A DNA stretch of 64,000 nt from Balanoglossus misakiensis (taxonomy: Eukaryota > Animalia > Hemichordata): NCBI GenBank assembly GCA_040954595.2, contig CM082586.2, positions 9,765,337 through 9,829,336 on the forward strand, written 5' to 3'. This document shows positions 42,266-55,785 of the stretch, in pieces. Within the stretch, counting starts at the first letter, position 1; every line of letters begins with the position of its first letter. Below the pieces are notes generated by a model. It was not told where the DNA came from. It was given only the letters and a program-made list of their open reading frames with translations, and made no database searches. A program made the position numbers and the translations under genes.

Positions 42266-42364
42266 TAGTCTCGGTTACCCAGACCCCCCTGCTTCTTCCG
42301 TTGGGCTCTCCCCTCTTTGGAGTGCCCAACGGAAGAAGCAGGGGGGTCTGGGTAACAGAGACTA
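42266..42364. mobile_element. 99-bp palindromic MITE, TAG...CTA termini, 9-bp TSD (Academ-type)
   Basis: TATTCACAC at 42257-42265 and 42365-42373. Arms of ~45 bp are nearly perfect inverted repeats. Confidence 0.88.
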
Positions 42365-42953
42365 TATTCACACAAAACCATTCCATCTAGAAGAAGAGCC
42401 ACTTAAAACATTTATGTAGAACCTCTTTGACCAATACACTCAAAAGTGTTATCGGTGAAGCATTTTTGATTGTCATTCTGTAAGTCGGTTATAGTGAAGG
42501 GACGGCGGAGGCAGCTTGGATTGCACCATTATCTGGTGGGTTGCGCCGGATTCTGTTAATAGGGTGACGTATCAGCTGTCTGGCATAACATGGACAGAGA
42601 AGAATCGCTGCTCTCTGGATGAAGGGACGAGGCGTTTTCCAACTAGTTTGAAAATATACTAAGTAATAAAACGTCAGGGGACATACACTGTAAAGGTGTT
42701 TGCAGTTTATCTGTCCTCTCACTACAGAGTAATGTTTGTAGAATGTTCTTTACTGCCCTCCCGGATGTGTGGTTCTTCCTTCGCACTTGAACTTCCTATA
42801 CCTTTCAATTTACTCATGTTGAGGTGAATAACGTAAAATCAGTCCATTAAATTCTTTGTATAATAATTTGTACTTTGGTTCCCAGTTACAAGTTCTTTTG
42901 GTGAAAGAAGCTTTCTCTTCTAGCTTCAGTAAGCCCTCAACAGTCAAAGGGAA

Positions 42954-43184
42954 AAATAGAATCTCACACTCCCAAGGACCTGGGATCGTATTTCTCACAC
43001 GAGTTTGGGATTTTTTGTCCCACACGAGAATATTTGCTCGTTCTGAGGGGTACGAATATCATTATCCAATCAGAGCTCGTGTCAGATAACAGTTGTATGT
43101 GTGCGCATTAACACAGAGTGTGGGATCGATTTGATCCCACCCTCTCTATCCCACACTCCCAGCGGCCAGGAGTGAAAGAAAAAT
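42954..43184. mobile_element. Internally deleted relative of the 18085-18505 hairpin element, opposite orientation
   Basis: AGAATCTCACACTCCCAAGGACCTGGGATC...; 43066-43181 resembles the reverse complement of 18089-18196. Confidence 0.6.
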
Positions 43185-45324
43185 CTGTACCATAACGTTG
43201 GTTAATTTACCTTGCGACAAAATAATCGACCGTTAAGGGCGCACCAGTCATTGGTACGTCACTTAGGCGTACTATGGACACAAACTAAACTTGTTTCAAC
43301 CACGGTCACTCCATTTCCCCAAATGTTTGTATACATGTTTGAAGTTGTTGTGCCATATCACAAATTGATCGTTCCACTGTATCTCACTGTCTACCGATAC
43401 CACGTTCATCCGTAGTATTTCGACCAACTGTCCCTGGGGAAACGATCAAATGTCTACTTCGACCCAGAAATGACAGCAGAATTTGCGTCTGTTCTCTCGA
43501 ACCCGGGAATCAACGTTACTGTTGAAAACAACGTGGATTTTTGACATTGTAAAGCGCCATTGAACAATATTGCAGTGGAGTTTGGCGCTCTATAAATCCC
43601 TTCGATTGATGATTGATGATGATGATCCAGACCTTAGCGAATATTCGAAAGGGGCTTAGCTGAACCAAAGTTGCCGTAACAATCCTGAAGATGCCACCAA
43701 TTGTGACGGAAACCCGAACGGTATACCTCGGAAAACTGGTAGGGCGCAGGCGGACCGGAGTGAGCCTCTCACAAACAGCGCTGTCTCTAAACACAGCGGT
43801 CAGAACTCGTCAGAACGCGGAAAGCAGGCGTCTTGATGAAGATATCGGCCCACACCGAGCTGCTAAGGTAAACACGTCTGAGATCTCCGATCGGTGACAC
43901 GGGGCTGGCTAGACCCGGGGCTGGCTAACCGATAGCGATACAAGTGGACTAATCAGGTAAAGTTGCACAGAGCTGAAACTTGAGGTTCCCCCTTCAACAG
44001 ATCCACGCTAATTCCCCCCTCAAATATACATGATAGACAGGCTCATCACGTGACCCAGAACGCACTTCTGATTGGTGATTGATTCACCAGGGGAGAGATG
44101 GGGAAACCCCTCCATCTCTAGCTTGCCAGACAAGTCAGCCCAGTAATGGTCACCATGGCAACACCACCACGCAAATGAAGCCAAAGAAAAACACAATGCA
44201 AAATAATAATTCACATGGAATAGCAATTCAATAACACACATTTGACGTCATTCAACATTTGCTGCGTACAAAATGTCTAAATGTTTCTAAATGTGGGTGT
44301 TTTAATATTGTTCTGTTCGTATATATTCCAATTCACATGAATGGGGGTGGTAAATGTTATCACATTCAGTATGAGAATTTCGGTGTCAGGTTTGGTCCTT
44401 GTGTCCAACGCTTTCAGTCAACACTTACAGTATCTACCGGTCTTCTGTTAGCTTTCTTTGCACTCCATTCTGTAAACATGCAAAGCTCAGTCGGTTTATT
44501 ATGTGGATGGGTTGGTTTGACGAGAATGTCTTGACATGTCGAAATTTCATTATAGGATTAATGATTATTCTTTTGTTCTATTTTCCTCATGCATCCAGAA
44601 ATTGTGCTTACTGTGCGGGTGTTTTAATTATCCATGGAGCCTGTACTTCACACTCCCTGTAATTTCTTTCAATTCCCTTTGCCACATGGGGCCACTGTAT
44701 AAGGGGAAGATGGCAAGAGTAAAATACAGTGCATCCTGTCGACCGTCCGTTTTGTTGTTTCTCGGCTTTATTTTTCTCCTTGTTTATAAAGTTCTCCATT
44801 GTTCGGTTACTGTATTTAATCATTTCACTATTTCACCATTTCGTGATTTTGTTGATTATAATTAGCCAAAATTAAGTAGTTTAAGCTTATACATGCACGA
44901 CGTATGTTGCATGTGTGTTCAATGTTTCAAGGTGTCGTTTTTACATGTAGGTAAATTGTCAATTGCGTGGCCATGCAGACACACTATCATGTAGTCAGTG
45001 CAGTGTGTCCCGGATGTAATCTAATGTAGTTCTATTGTTTACTCATGGAGCTACTTAACGTGTCAAAGTTACTATGTACTGCTTCGAGCGGTGTATTTTT
45101 GTATTGGGTGCCATGTGTTAACTTATTATTTAGCTAAATTATTTGTTCAAAAGTCGTTATTTAACATACTTATATGTATGTAATTAAAAATTTGCAAACC
45201 ATTTAAGTCCTGACAATTTATTTATAAATAATTTCAAGTCGATTCAATTATATACATAAAATGTATTTTATGCTCTTTTATTTATATATAATAAATTATT
45301 TATAAACAATGTCAGTGTCAGTCT

Positions 45325-45590
45325 ATTATATATATATCATGAGTGATGTACATAATTATTTATATTTAATTAATTATTTATAAATAATAAAAATTTAAGT
45401 GTATTATATATATATCATGAGTGATGTACATAATTATTTATGTATAATTAATTATTTATAAATAATACAAATGTAAGTGAATTATATATATATATCATGA
45501 GTGATGTACATAATTATTTATATATAATTAATTATTTATAAATAAACAAAATTTAAGTGTATTATATATATATCATGAGTGATTTACATT
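45325..45590. repeat. AT-rich minisatellite, ~78-80 bp x ~3.5
   Basis: TATATATCATGAGTGAT, with the CAT at 45338, 45416, 45496 and 45574. Confidence 0.85.
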
Positions 45591-45830
45591 ATATAATGAA
45601 TTATATATAAATAAGTGATTTCTAAACCATGAAAAAATGCACTCGCGCCGTTTGTCAACTTATTGTTTAACGCAAACTCATTATTTAACGCAAACTCATT
45701 ATTTAAGGCCTGTTCACACAACCCCTTGCATTTGGATCATTATGTACACATATAGTCCCCACACGTGAACAAGAAATGCACATTACTTGCGGTCATTTCA
45801 TTTTTATTATACTCATATATACTTATATAT

Positions 45831-48800
45831 CTGTAATGGAAATGGAGAAAGTACCTTATATTTTCTGTAAAATAGACATTTAATTGGCAAGCCGTCCTGC
45901 ATCAATTATTAATTGTGTACATGCACTAAAGCGCCCTCACTGCTGGGTGTGTTGTATGGTCTTTAACCCTGTTTCAAATTAGAGTACTTTCTGCAATTTC
46001 AAGACAGATCTTACGTGCCATTGGAGAGCTCCATTGACTGGTCATTCATACTGTTTTCATTCATTCATTGCGGCATCAATATATTTTATCTATTCTAGCC
46101 AAAGAGCTTGGCACCTGTTGAAATGAACTCATCTGCTGTGGGCCAGTTTATTGGTGGCAGTTGAGCTGAGGAGAGCACCTTCCTTCCCGGCACGCCACCA
46201 AGTAAAGTTCCACGCCGCCCCCCACAGATGCCAGCATTCATTCATGCGAGTGAGTGTAATTGCAAATTTGCCTATTCTAGATCTGTAATGGAAATGGAGA
46301 AAGTACCTTATATTTTCTGTAAAATAGACATTTAATTGGCAAGCCGTCCTGCATCAATTATTAATTGTGTACATGCACTAAAGCGCCCTCACTGCTGGGT
46401 GTGTTGTATGGTCTTTAACCCTGTTTCAAATTAGAGTACTTTCTGCAATTTCAAGACAGATCTTACGTGCCATTGGAGAGCTCCATTGACTGGTCATTCA
46501 TACTGTTTTCATTCATTCATTGCGGCATCAATATATTTTATCTATTCTAGCCAAAGAGCTTGGCACCTGTTGAAATGAACTCATCTGCTGTGGGCCAGTT
46601 TATTGGTGGCAGTTGAGCTGAGGAGAGCACCTTCCTTCCCGGCACGCCACCAAGTAAAGTTCCACGCCGCCCACCACAGATGCCAGCATTCATTCATGCG
46701 AGTGAGTGTAATTGCAAATTTGCCTATTCTAGAATCTTACGTGCCATTGGAGAGCTCCATTGACTGGTCATTCATACTGTTTTCATTCATTCATTGCGGC
46801 ATCAATATATTTTATCTATTCTAGCCGAAGAGCTTGGCACCTGTTGAAATGAACTCATCTGCTGTGGGCCAGTTTATTGGTGGCAGTTGAGCTGAGGAGA
46901 GCACCTTTCTTCCCGGCACGCCACCAAGTAAAGTTCCACGCCGCCCACCACAGATGCCAGCATTCATTCATGCGAGTGAGTGTAATTGCAAATTTGCCTA
47001 TTCTTACGTGCCATTGGAGAGCTCCATTGACTGGTCATTCATACTGTTTTCATTCATTCATTGCGGCATCAATATATTTTATCTATTCTAGCCAAAGAGC
47101 TTGGCACCTGTTGAAATGAACTCATCTGCTGTGGGCCAGTTTATTGGTGGCAGTTGAGCTGAGGAGAGCACCTTCCTTCCCGGCACGCCACCAAGTAAAG
47201 TTCCACGCCGCCCACCACAGATGCCAGCATTCATTCATGCGAGTGAGTGTAATTGCAAATTTGCCTATTCTAGATCTGTAATGGAAATGGAGAAAGTACC
47301 TTATATTTTCTGTAAAATAGACATTTAATTGGCAAGCCGTCCTGCATCAATTATTAATTGTGTACATGCACTAAAGCGCCCTCACTGCTGGGTGTGTTGT
47401 ATGGTCTTTAACCCTGTTTCAAATTAGAGTACTTTCTGCAATTTCAAGACAGATCTTACGTGCCATTGGAGAGCTCCATTGACTGGTCATTCATACTGTT
47501 TTCATTCATTCATTGCGGCATCAATATATTTTATCTATTCTAGCCAAAGAGCTTGGCACCTGTTGAAATGAACTCATCTGCTGTGGGCCAGTTTATTGGT
47601 GGCAGTTGAGCTGAGGAGAGCACCTTCCTTCCCGGCACGCCACCAAGTAAAGTTCCACGCCGCCCACCACAGATGCCAGCATTCATTCATGCGAGTGAGT
47701 GTAATTGCAAATTTGCCTATTCTAGATCTGTAATGGAAATGGAGAAAGTACCTTATATTTTCTGTAAAATAGACATTTAATTGGCAAGCCGTCCTGCATC
47801 AATTATTAATTGTGTACATGCACTAAAGCGCCCTCACTGCTGGGTGTGTTGTATGGTCTTTAACCCTGTTTCAAATTAGAGTACTTTCTGCAATTTCAAG
47901 ACAGATCTTACGTGCCATTGGAGAGCTCCATTGACTGGTCATTCATACTGTTTTCATTCATTCATTGCGGCATCAATATATTTTATCTATTCTAGCCAAA
48001 GAGCTTGGCACCTGTTGAAATGAACTCATCTGCTGTGGGCCAGTTTATTGGTGGCAGTTGAGCTGAGGAGAGCACCTTCCTTCCCGGCACGCCACCAAGT
48101 AAAGTTCCACGCCGCCCACCACAGATGCCAGCATTCATTCATGCGAGTGAGTGTAATTGCAAATTTGCCTATTCTAGAATCTTACGTGCCATTGGAGAGC
48201 TCCATTCATACTGTTTTCATTCATTCATTGCGGCATCAATATATTTTATCTATTCTAGCCGAAGAGCTTGGCACCTGTTGAAATGAACTCATCTGCTGTG
48301 GGCCAGTTTATTGGTGGCAGTTGAGCTGAGGAGAGCACCTTCCTTCCCGGCACGCCACCAAGTAAAGTTCCACGCCGCCCACCACAGATGCCAGCATTCA
48401 TTCATGCGAGTGAGTGTAATTGCAAATTTGCCTATTCTAGAATCTTACGTGCCATTGGAGAGCTCCATTCATACTGTTTTCATTCATTCATTGCGGCATC
48501 AATATATTTTATCTATTCTAGCCGAAGAGCTTGGCACCTGTTGAAATGAACTCATCTGCTGTGGGCCAGTTTATTGGTGGCAGTTGAGCTGAGGAGAGCA
48601 CCTTCCTTCCCGGCACGCCACCAAGTAAAGTTCCACGCCGCCCACCACAGATGCCAGCATTCATTCATGCGAGTGAGTGTAATTGCAAATTTGCCTATTC
48701 TTACGTGCCATTGGAGAGCTCCATTGACTGGTCATTCATACTGTTTTCATTCATTCATTGCGGCATCAATATATTTTATCTATTCTAGCCAAAGAGCTTG

Positions 48801-51800
48801 GCACCTGTTGAAATGAACTCATCTGCTGTGGGCCAGTTTATTGGTGGCAGTTGAGCTGAGGAGAGCACCTTCCTTCCCGGCACGCCACCAAGTAAAGTTC
48901 CACGCCGCCCACCACAGATGCCAGCATTCATTCATGCGAGTGAGTGTAATTGCAAATTTGCCTATTCTAGATCTGTAATGGAAATGGAGAAAGTACCTTA
49001 TATTTTCTGTAAAATAGACATTTAATTGGCAAGCCGTCCTGCATCAATTATTAATTGTGTACATGCACTAAAGCGCCCTCACTGCTGGGTGTGTTGTATG
49101 GTCTTTAACCCTGTTTCAAATTAGAGTACTTTCTGCAATTTCAAGACAGATCTTACGTGCCATTGGAGAGCTCCATTGACTGGTCATTCATACTGTTTTC
49201 ATTCATTCATTGCGGCATCAATATATTTTATCTATTCTAGCCAAAGAGCTTGGCACCTGTTGAAATGAACTCATCTGCTGTGGGCCAGTTTATTGGTGGC
49301 AGTTGAGCTGAGGAGAGCACCTTCCTTCCCGGCACGCCACCAAGTAAAGTTCCACGCCACCCACCACAGATGCCAGCATTCATTCATGCGAGTGAGTGTA
49401 ATTGCAAATTTGCCTATTCTAGAATCTTACGTGCCATTGGAGAGCTCCATTGACTGGTCATTCATACTGTTTTCATTCATTCATTGCGGCATCAATATAT
49501 TTTATCTATTCTAGCCGAAGAGCTTGGCACCTGTTGAAATGAACTCATCTGCTGTGGGCCAGTTTATTGGTGGCAGTTGAGCTGAGGAGAGCACCTTCCT
49601 TCCCGGCACGCCACCAAGTAAAGTTCCACGCCGCCCACCACAGATGCCAGCATTCATTCATGCGAGTGAGTGTAATTGCAAATTTGCCTATTCTTACGTG
49701 CCATTGGAGAGCTCCATTGACTGGTCATTCATACTGTTTTCATTCATTCATTGCGGCATCAATATATTTTATCTATTCTAGCCAAAGAGCTTGGCACCTG
49801 TTGAAATGAACTCATCTGCTGTGGGCCAGTTTATTGGTGGCAGTTGAGCTGAGGAGAGCACCTTCCTTCCCGGCACGCCACCAAGTAAAGTTCCACGCCG
49901 CCCACCACAGATGCCAGCATTCATTCATGCGAGTGAGTGTAATTGCAAATTTGCCTATTCTAGATCTGTAATGGAAATGGAGAAAGTACCTTATATTTTC
50001 TGTAAAATAGACATTTAATTGGCAAGCCATCCTGCATCAATTATTAATTGTGTACATGCACTAAAGCGCCCTCACTGCTGGGTGTGTTGTATGGTCTTTA
50101 ACCCTGTTTCAAATTAGAGTACTTTCTGCAATTTCAAGACAGATCTTACGTGCCATTGGAGAGCTCCATTGACTGGTCATTCATACTGTTTTCATTCATT
50201 CATTGCGGCATCAATATATTTTATCTATTCTAACCAAAGAGCTTGGCACCTGTTGAAATGAACTCATCTGCTGTGGGCCAGTTTATTGGTGGCAGTTGAG
50301 CTGAGGAGAGCACCTTCCTTCCCGGCACGCCACCAAGTAAAGTTCCACGCCGCCCACCACAGATGCCAGCATTCATTCATGCGAGTGAGTGTAATTGCAA
50401 ATTTGCCTATTCTAGATCTGTAATGGAAATGGAGAAAGTACCTTATATTTTCTGTAAAATAGACATTTAATTGGCAAGCCGTCCTGCATCAATTATTAAT
50501 TGTGTACATGCACTAAAGCGCCCTCACTGCTGGGTGTGTTGTATGGTCTTTAACCCTGTTTCAAATTAGAGTACTTTCTGCAATTTCAAGACAGATCTTA
50601 CGTGCCATTGGAGAGCTCCATTGACTGGTCATTCATACTGTTTTCATTCATTCATTGCGGCATCAATATATTTTATCTATTCTAGCCAAAGAGCTTGGCA
50701 CCTGTTGAAATGAACTCATCTGCTGTGGGCCAGTTTATTGGTGGCAGTTGAGCTGAGGAGAGCACCTTCCTTCCCGGCACGCCACCAAGTAAAGTTCCAC
50801 GCCGCCCACCACAGATGCCAGCATTCATTCATGCGAGTGAGTGTAATTGCAAATTTGCCTATTCTAGATCTGTAATGGAAATGGAGAAAGTACCTTATAT
50901 TTTCTGTAAAATAGACATTTAATTGGCAAGCCGTCCTGCATCAATTATTAATTGTGTACATGCACTAAAGCGCCCTCACTGCTGGGTGTGTTGTATGGTC
51001 TTTAACCCTGTTTCAAATTAGAGTACTTTCTGCAATTTCAAGACAGATCTTACGTGCCATTGGAGAGCTCCATTGACTGGTCATTCATACTGTTTTCATT
51101 CATTCATTGCGGCATCAATATATTTTATCTATTCTAGCCAAAGAGCTTGGCACCTGTTGAAATGAACTCATCTGCTGTGGGCCAGTTTATTGGTGGCAGT
51201 TGAGCTGAGGAGAGCACCTTCCTTCCCGGCACGCCACCAAGTAAAGTTCCACGCCGCCCACCACAGATGCCAGCATTCATTCATGCGAGTGAGTGTAATT
51301 GCAAATTTGCCTATTCTAGATCTGTAATGGAAATGGAGAAAGTACCTTATATTTTCTGTAAAATAGACATTTAATTGGCAAGCCGTCCTGCATCAATTAT
51401 TAATTGTGTACATGCACTAAAGCGCCCTCACTGCTGGGTGTGTTGTATGGTCTTTAACCCTGTTTCAAATTAGAGTACTTTCTGCAATTTCAAGACAGAT
51501 CTTACGTGCCATTGGAGAGCTCCATTGACTGGTCATTCATACTGTTTTCATTCATTCATTGCGGCATCAATATATTTTATCTATTCTAGCCAAAGAGCTT
51601 GGCACCTGTTGAAATGAACTCATCCTTCCCGGCACGCCACCAAGTAAAGTTCCACGCCGCCCACCACAGATGCCAGCATTCATTCATGCGAGTGAGTGTA
51701 ATTGCAAATTTGCCTATTCTAGAATCTTACGTGCCATTGGAGAGCTCCATTGACTGGTCATTCATACTGTTTTCATTCATTCATTGCGGCATCAATATAT

Positions 51801-53376
51801 TTTATCTATTCTAGCCGAAGAGCTTGGCACCTGTTGAAATGAACTCATCTGCTGTGGGCCAGTTTATTGGTGGCAGTTGAGCTGAGGAGAGCACCTTCCT
51901 TCCCGGCACGCCACCAAGTAAAGTTCCACGCCGCCCACCACAGATGCCAGCATTCATTCATGCGAGTGAGTGTAATTGCAAATTTGCCTATTCTTACGTG
52001 CCATTGGAGAGCTCCATTGACTGGTCATTCATACTGTTTTCATTCATTCATTGCGGCATCAATATATTTTATCTATTCTAGCCAAAGAGCTTGGCACCTG
52101 TTGAAATGAACTCATCTGCTGTGGGCCAGTTTATTGGTGGCAGTTGAGCTGAGGAGAGCACCTTCCTTCCCGGCACGCCACCAAGTAAAGTTCCACGCCG
52201 CCCACCACAGATGCCAGCATTCATTCATGCGAGTGAGTGTAATTGCAAATTTGCCTATTCTAGATCTGTAATGGAAATGGAGAAAGTACCTTATATTTTC
52301 TGTAAAATAGACATTTAATTGGCAAGCCGTCCTGCATCAATTATTAATTGTGTACATGCACTAAAGCGCCCTCACTGCTGGGTGTGTTGTATGGTCTTTA
52401 ACCCTGTTTCAAATTAGAGTACTTTCTGCAATTTCAAGACAGATCTTACGTGCCATTGGAGAGCTCCATTGACTGGTCATTCATACTGTTTTCATTCATT
52501 CATTGCGGCATCAATATATTTTATCTATTCTAGCCAAAGAGCTTGGCACCTGTTGAAATGAACTCATCTGCTGTGGGCCAGTTTATTGGTGGCAGTTGAG
52601 CTGAGGAGAGCACCTTCCTTCCCGGCACGCCACCAAGTAAAGTTCCACGCCGCCCACCACAGATGCCAGCATTCATTCATGCGAGTGAGTGTAATTGCAA
52701 ATTTGCCTATTCTAGATCTGTAATGGAAATGGAGAAAGTACCTTATATTTTCTGTAAAATAGACATTTAATTGGCAAGCCGTCCTGCATCAATTATTAAT
52801 TGTGTACATGCACTAAAGCGCCCTCACTGCTGGGTGTGTTGTATGGTCTTTAACCCTGTTTCAAATTAGAGTACTTTCTGCAATTTCAAGACAGATCTTA
52901 CGTGCCATTGGAGAGCTCCATTGACTGGTCATTCATACTGTTTTCATTCATTCATTGCAGCATCAATATATTTTATCTATTCTAGCCAAAGAGCTTGGCA
53001 CCTGTTGAAATGAACTCATCTGCTGTGGGCCAGTTTATTGGTGGCAGTTGAGCTGAGGAGAGCACCTTCCTTCCCGGCACGCCACCAAGTAAAGTTCCAC
53101 GCCGCCCACCACAGATGCCAGCATTCATTCATGCGAGTGAGTGTAATTGCAAATTTGCCTATTCTAGAATTCTTACGTGCCATTGGAGAGCTCCATTGCC
53201 TGGTCAATCATACTGTTTTCATTCATTCATTGTGGCATCAATATATTTTATCTATTCTAGCCGAAGAGCTTGGCACCTGTTGAAATGAACTCATCTGCTG
53301 TGGGCCAGTTTATTGGTGGCAGTTGAGCAGAGGAGAGCACCTTCTTTCCCGGCACGCCACCAAGTAAAGTTCCACG
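45831..53376 (+). repeat. Left terminal array: 177-bp TIR-bearing module B + ~275-bp module A (452-bp period), with B absent at 10 junctions
   Basis: B starts at 45831, 46283, 47276, 47728, 48973, 49966, 50418, 50870, 51322, 52266 and 52718. Copies are near-identical. Confidence 0.95.
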
Positions 53377-53763
53377 TGCATTCCTGGCCCTGGTTTTATT
53401 TATGTTTACAGACAATATTGCATTTTTGTACAAGTATTTTAATCAACTATAAATTTTGAATGTGTCATTTACCTGAACCGGTCATGTTGACCAGAATGAT
53501 ACATTTCTGCCTTCACTCACCCTATAAATATGTGATTGAGACATAGGTCATTTGCATAAGCTAACATACCAGAAAGTAAGCATATCTGTTGTTTTCCCTG
53601 TGTCACTGCCATCAAAGTAAAAATTAGACGTTGTGTAGAGCAAACTCCAATTTTTTGTTCTCAATAAACATGGATGAATTACATAGAATGTGTTTGTTGT
53701 TTACAGTCTTTAAATGACACATTAGATTATGCACTTTACAAAACGTTTCTGAGAAACAAGTGA

Positions 53764-54264
53764 CTAACTAGTTTCTTTCCACTGTGGCCAACGTGGTTCA
53801 CTGTTTGTGTCAGAATCTCTCTGTTTTGCAAGGATTTTGAAATCATAGTGGTGACATGCATAGTGAAAATCAGCTACTTTCAAATGTCTGTCATGTTCAT
53901 GCTGTAATTGAATTTTCAAAGCTGGGCTGGCGTGTTTTTTCTTATTTACATAAGTATCACACTTTATACATGTATCTTCATGGGGTTTTTTGAGTCCCGT
54001 ATTTAGGTCCTCTCTCACAATTTTACGAAATATCGTATAACTGACAGTTGTTCTTCCCAGAAGAGATTGGTTGGTTATGAACTCTCGGTGTAACTGCGAT
54101 ATACTGTGGTCCGGCGCCAGGTACGGTTTAAATCGAGGATTCCTGCAGTAGTGAGATTCTACAATTATGTGCCTGCGTACGTGTTCAGTGATATCAGTCA
54201 GCAAATTTGGATTGAGTTTCCGACGATGCCCTTTGTGTCGGCCCCTTGCATCTGGCATCAGACC
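53764..54264 (-). pseudogene. 5'-truncated duplicate of the Sola N-half gene (902-bp tandem duplication 53363-54264 / 54265-55166)
   Basis: ORF 53764-54258 is nearly identical to the C-terminal 164 aa of 54666-55622. Confidence 0.9.
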
Positions 54265-54665
54265 AGTAAAGTTCCATGTGCATTCCTGGCCCTGGTTTTA
54301 TTTATGTTTACAGACAATATTGCATTTTTGTACAAGTATTTTAATCAACTATAAATTTTGAATGTGTCATTTACCTGAACCGGTCATGTTGACCAGAATG
54401 ATACATTTCTGCCTTCACTCACCCTATAAATATGTGATTGAGACATAGGTCATTTGCATAAGCTAACATACCAGAAAGTAAGCATATCTGATGTTTTCCC
54501 TGTGTCACTGCCATCAAAGTAAAAATTAGACGTTGTGTAGAGCAAACTCCAATTTTTTGTTCTCAATAAACATGGATGAATTACATAGAATGTGTTTGTT
54601 GTTTACAGTCTTTAAATGACACATTAGATTATGCACTTTACAAAACGTTTCTGAGAAACAAGTGA

Positions 54666-55622
54666 CTAACTAGTTTCTTTCCACTGTGGCCAACGTGGTT
54701 CACTGTTTGTGTCAGAATCTCTCTGTTTTGCAAGGATTTTGAAATCATAGTGGTGACATGCATAGTGAAAATCAGCTACTTTCAAATGTCCGTCATGTTC
54801 ATGCTGTAATTGAATTTTCAAAGCTGGGCTGGCGTGTTTTTTCTTATTTACATAAGTATCACACTTTATACATGTATCTTCATGGGGTTTTCTGAGTCCC
54901 GTATTTAGGTCCTCTCTCACAATTTTACGAAATATCGTATAACTGACAGTTGTTCTTCCCAGAAGAGATTGGTTGGTTATGAACTCTCGGTGTAACTGCG
55001 ATATACTGTGGTCCGGCGCCAGGTACGGTTTAAATCGAGGATTCCTGCAGTAGTGAGATTCTACAATTCTGTGCCTGCGTACGTGTTCAGTGATATCAGT
55101 CAGCAAATTTGGATTGAGTTTCCGACGATGCCCTTTGTGTCGGCCCCTTGCATCTGGCATCAGACCAGTTGAACAGTGCATCATTTTGCTTAGAACGGTT
55201 CTAGTCCGCCTCTCACTAATGCCAAATAATTTCAGGAATGCATTTTTGCAGACAGTAACCGTTTCACCGCCTTCATTCACCAGGTGATAACGAACCGATT
55301 TCTTGTGTGACTTCATCTGTATATCCATCAGTTTGTAGAGCATCAAGTTCTGTTCATTATACACGCGACCATCAAAATATTTTCTCGTGGTGCCTAAAAC
55401 ATGCGTACTCCCAAGCTTCCGCAGACAATTCCCTTGAACGCAGGCGCATTCCAAGGAAAGACTGTCAATATCTGGAAAAGGGCGATTTTTCCTTGGTTTT
55501 TGTCTCGGACACGTCTTTTTAGAATTCCTACGTGGCTTGTTGGCTCGAGCTGACAGTTCGGTTCTGCGTTGCTGCCACACAGGAATGGGTTCCCACGCAT
55601 AAGCAACTCCCCGGCAGGCCAT
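54666..55622 (-). CDS. Sola1-type transposase N-terminal half (Cys/His-rich DNA-binding region), 318 aa
   Basis: ACCATGG start and an uninterrupted frame. Motifs CACVQGNC, VCKNAFLKLFGIS..R, DARGRH, ESHYCR, YL, SY..FRKI, KPHEDTCIKCD, H..HL, as I recognise them from Sola1 N-termini. Confidence 0.8.
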   Translation of the reverse strand: MACRGVAYAWEPIPVWQQRRTELSARANKPRRNSKKTCPRQKPRKNRPFPDIDSLSLECACVQGNCLRKLGSTHVLGTTRKYFDGRVYNEQNLMLYKLMDIQMKSHKKSVRYHLVNEGGETVTVCKNAFLKLFGISERRTRTVLSKMMHCSTGLMPDARGRHKGHRRKLNPNLLTDITEHVRRHRIVESHYCRNPRFKPYLAPDHSISQLHREFITNQSLLGRTTVSYTIFRKIVREDLNTGLRKPHEDTCIKCDTYVNKKKHASPALKIQLQHEHDGHLKVADFHYACHHYDFKILAKQRDSDTNSEPRWPQWKETS

Positions 55623-55785
55623 GGTCACAGCTGAAGTATTTGTTCAAGTACTGACTGACTAAACGCGGCATGGAACAAACGAACGAACGACTTCACGTTC
55701 GGAAAAAAAATCGTTGCGAGCTGTTGGGTGCCTCTATAGTTGTCGGCAACCGTTCTTTTTTATTGCTAAACAATGCTGTCAGAGC

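Noticed and set aside
43440-43900. GC-richer stretch with short ORFs beside the hairpin element
   Set aside because: Stops in plausible frames and no recognisable motif.
45831-53376. CRISPR-like repeat/spacer array next to a nuclease
   Set aside because: Intervening sequences are identical rather than unique spacers, units are hundreds of bp long, there are no cas genes, and the context is eukaryotic.
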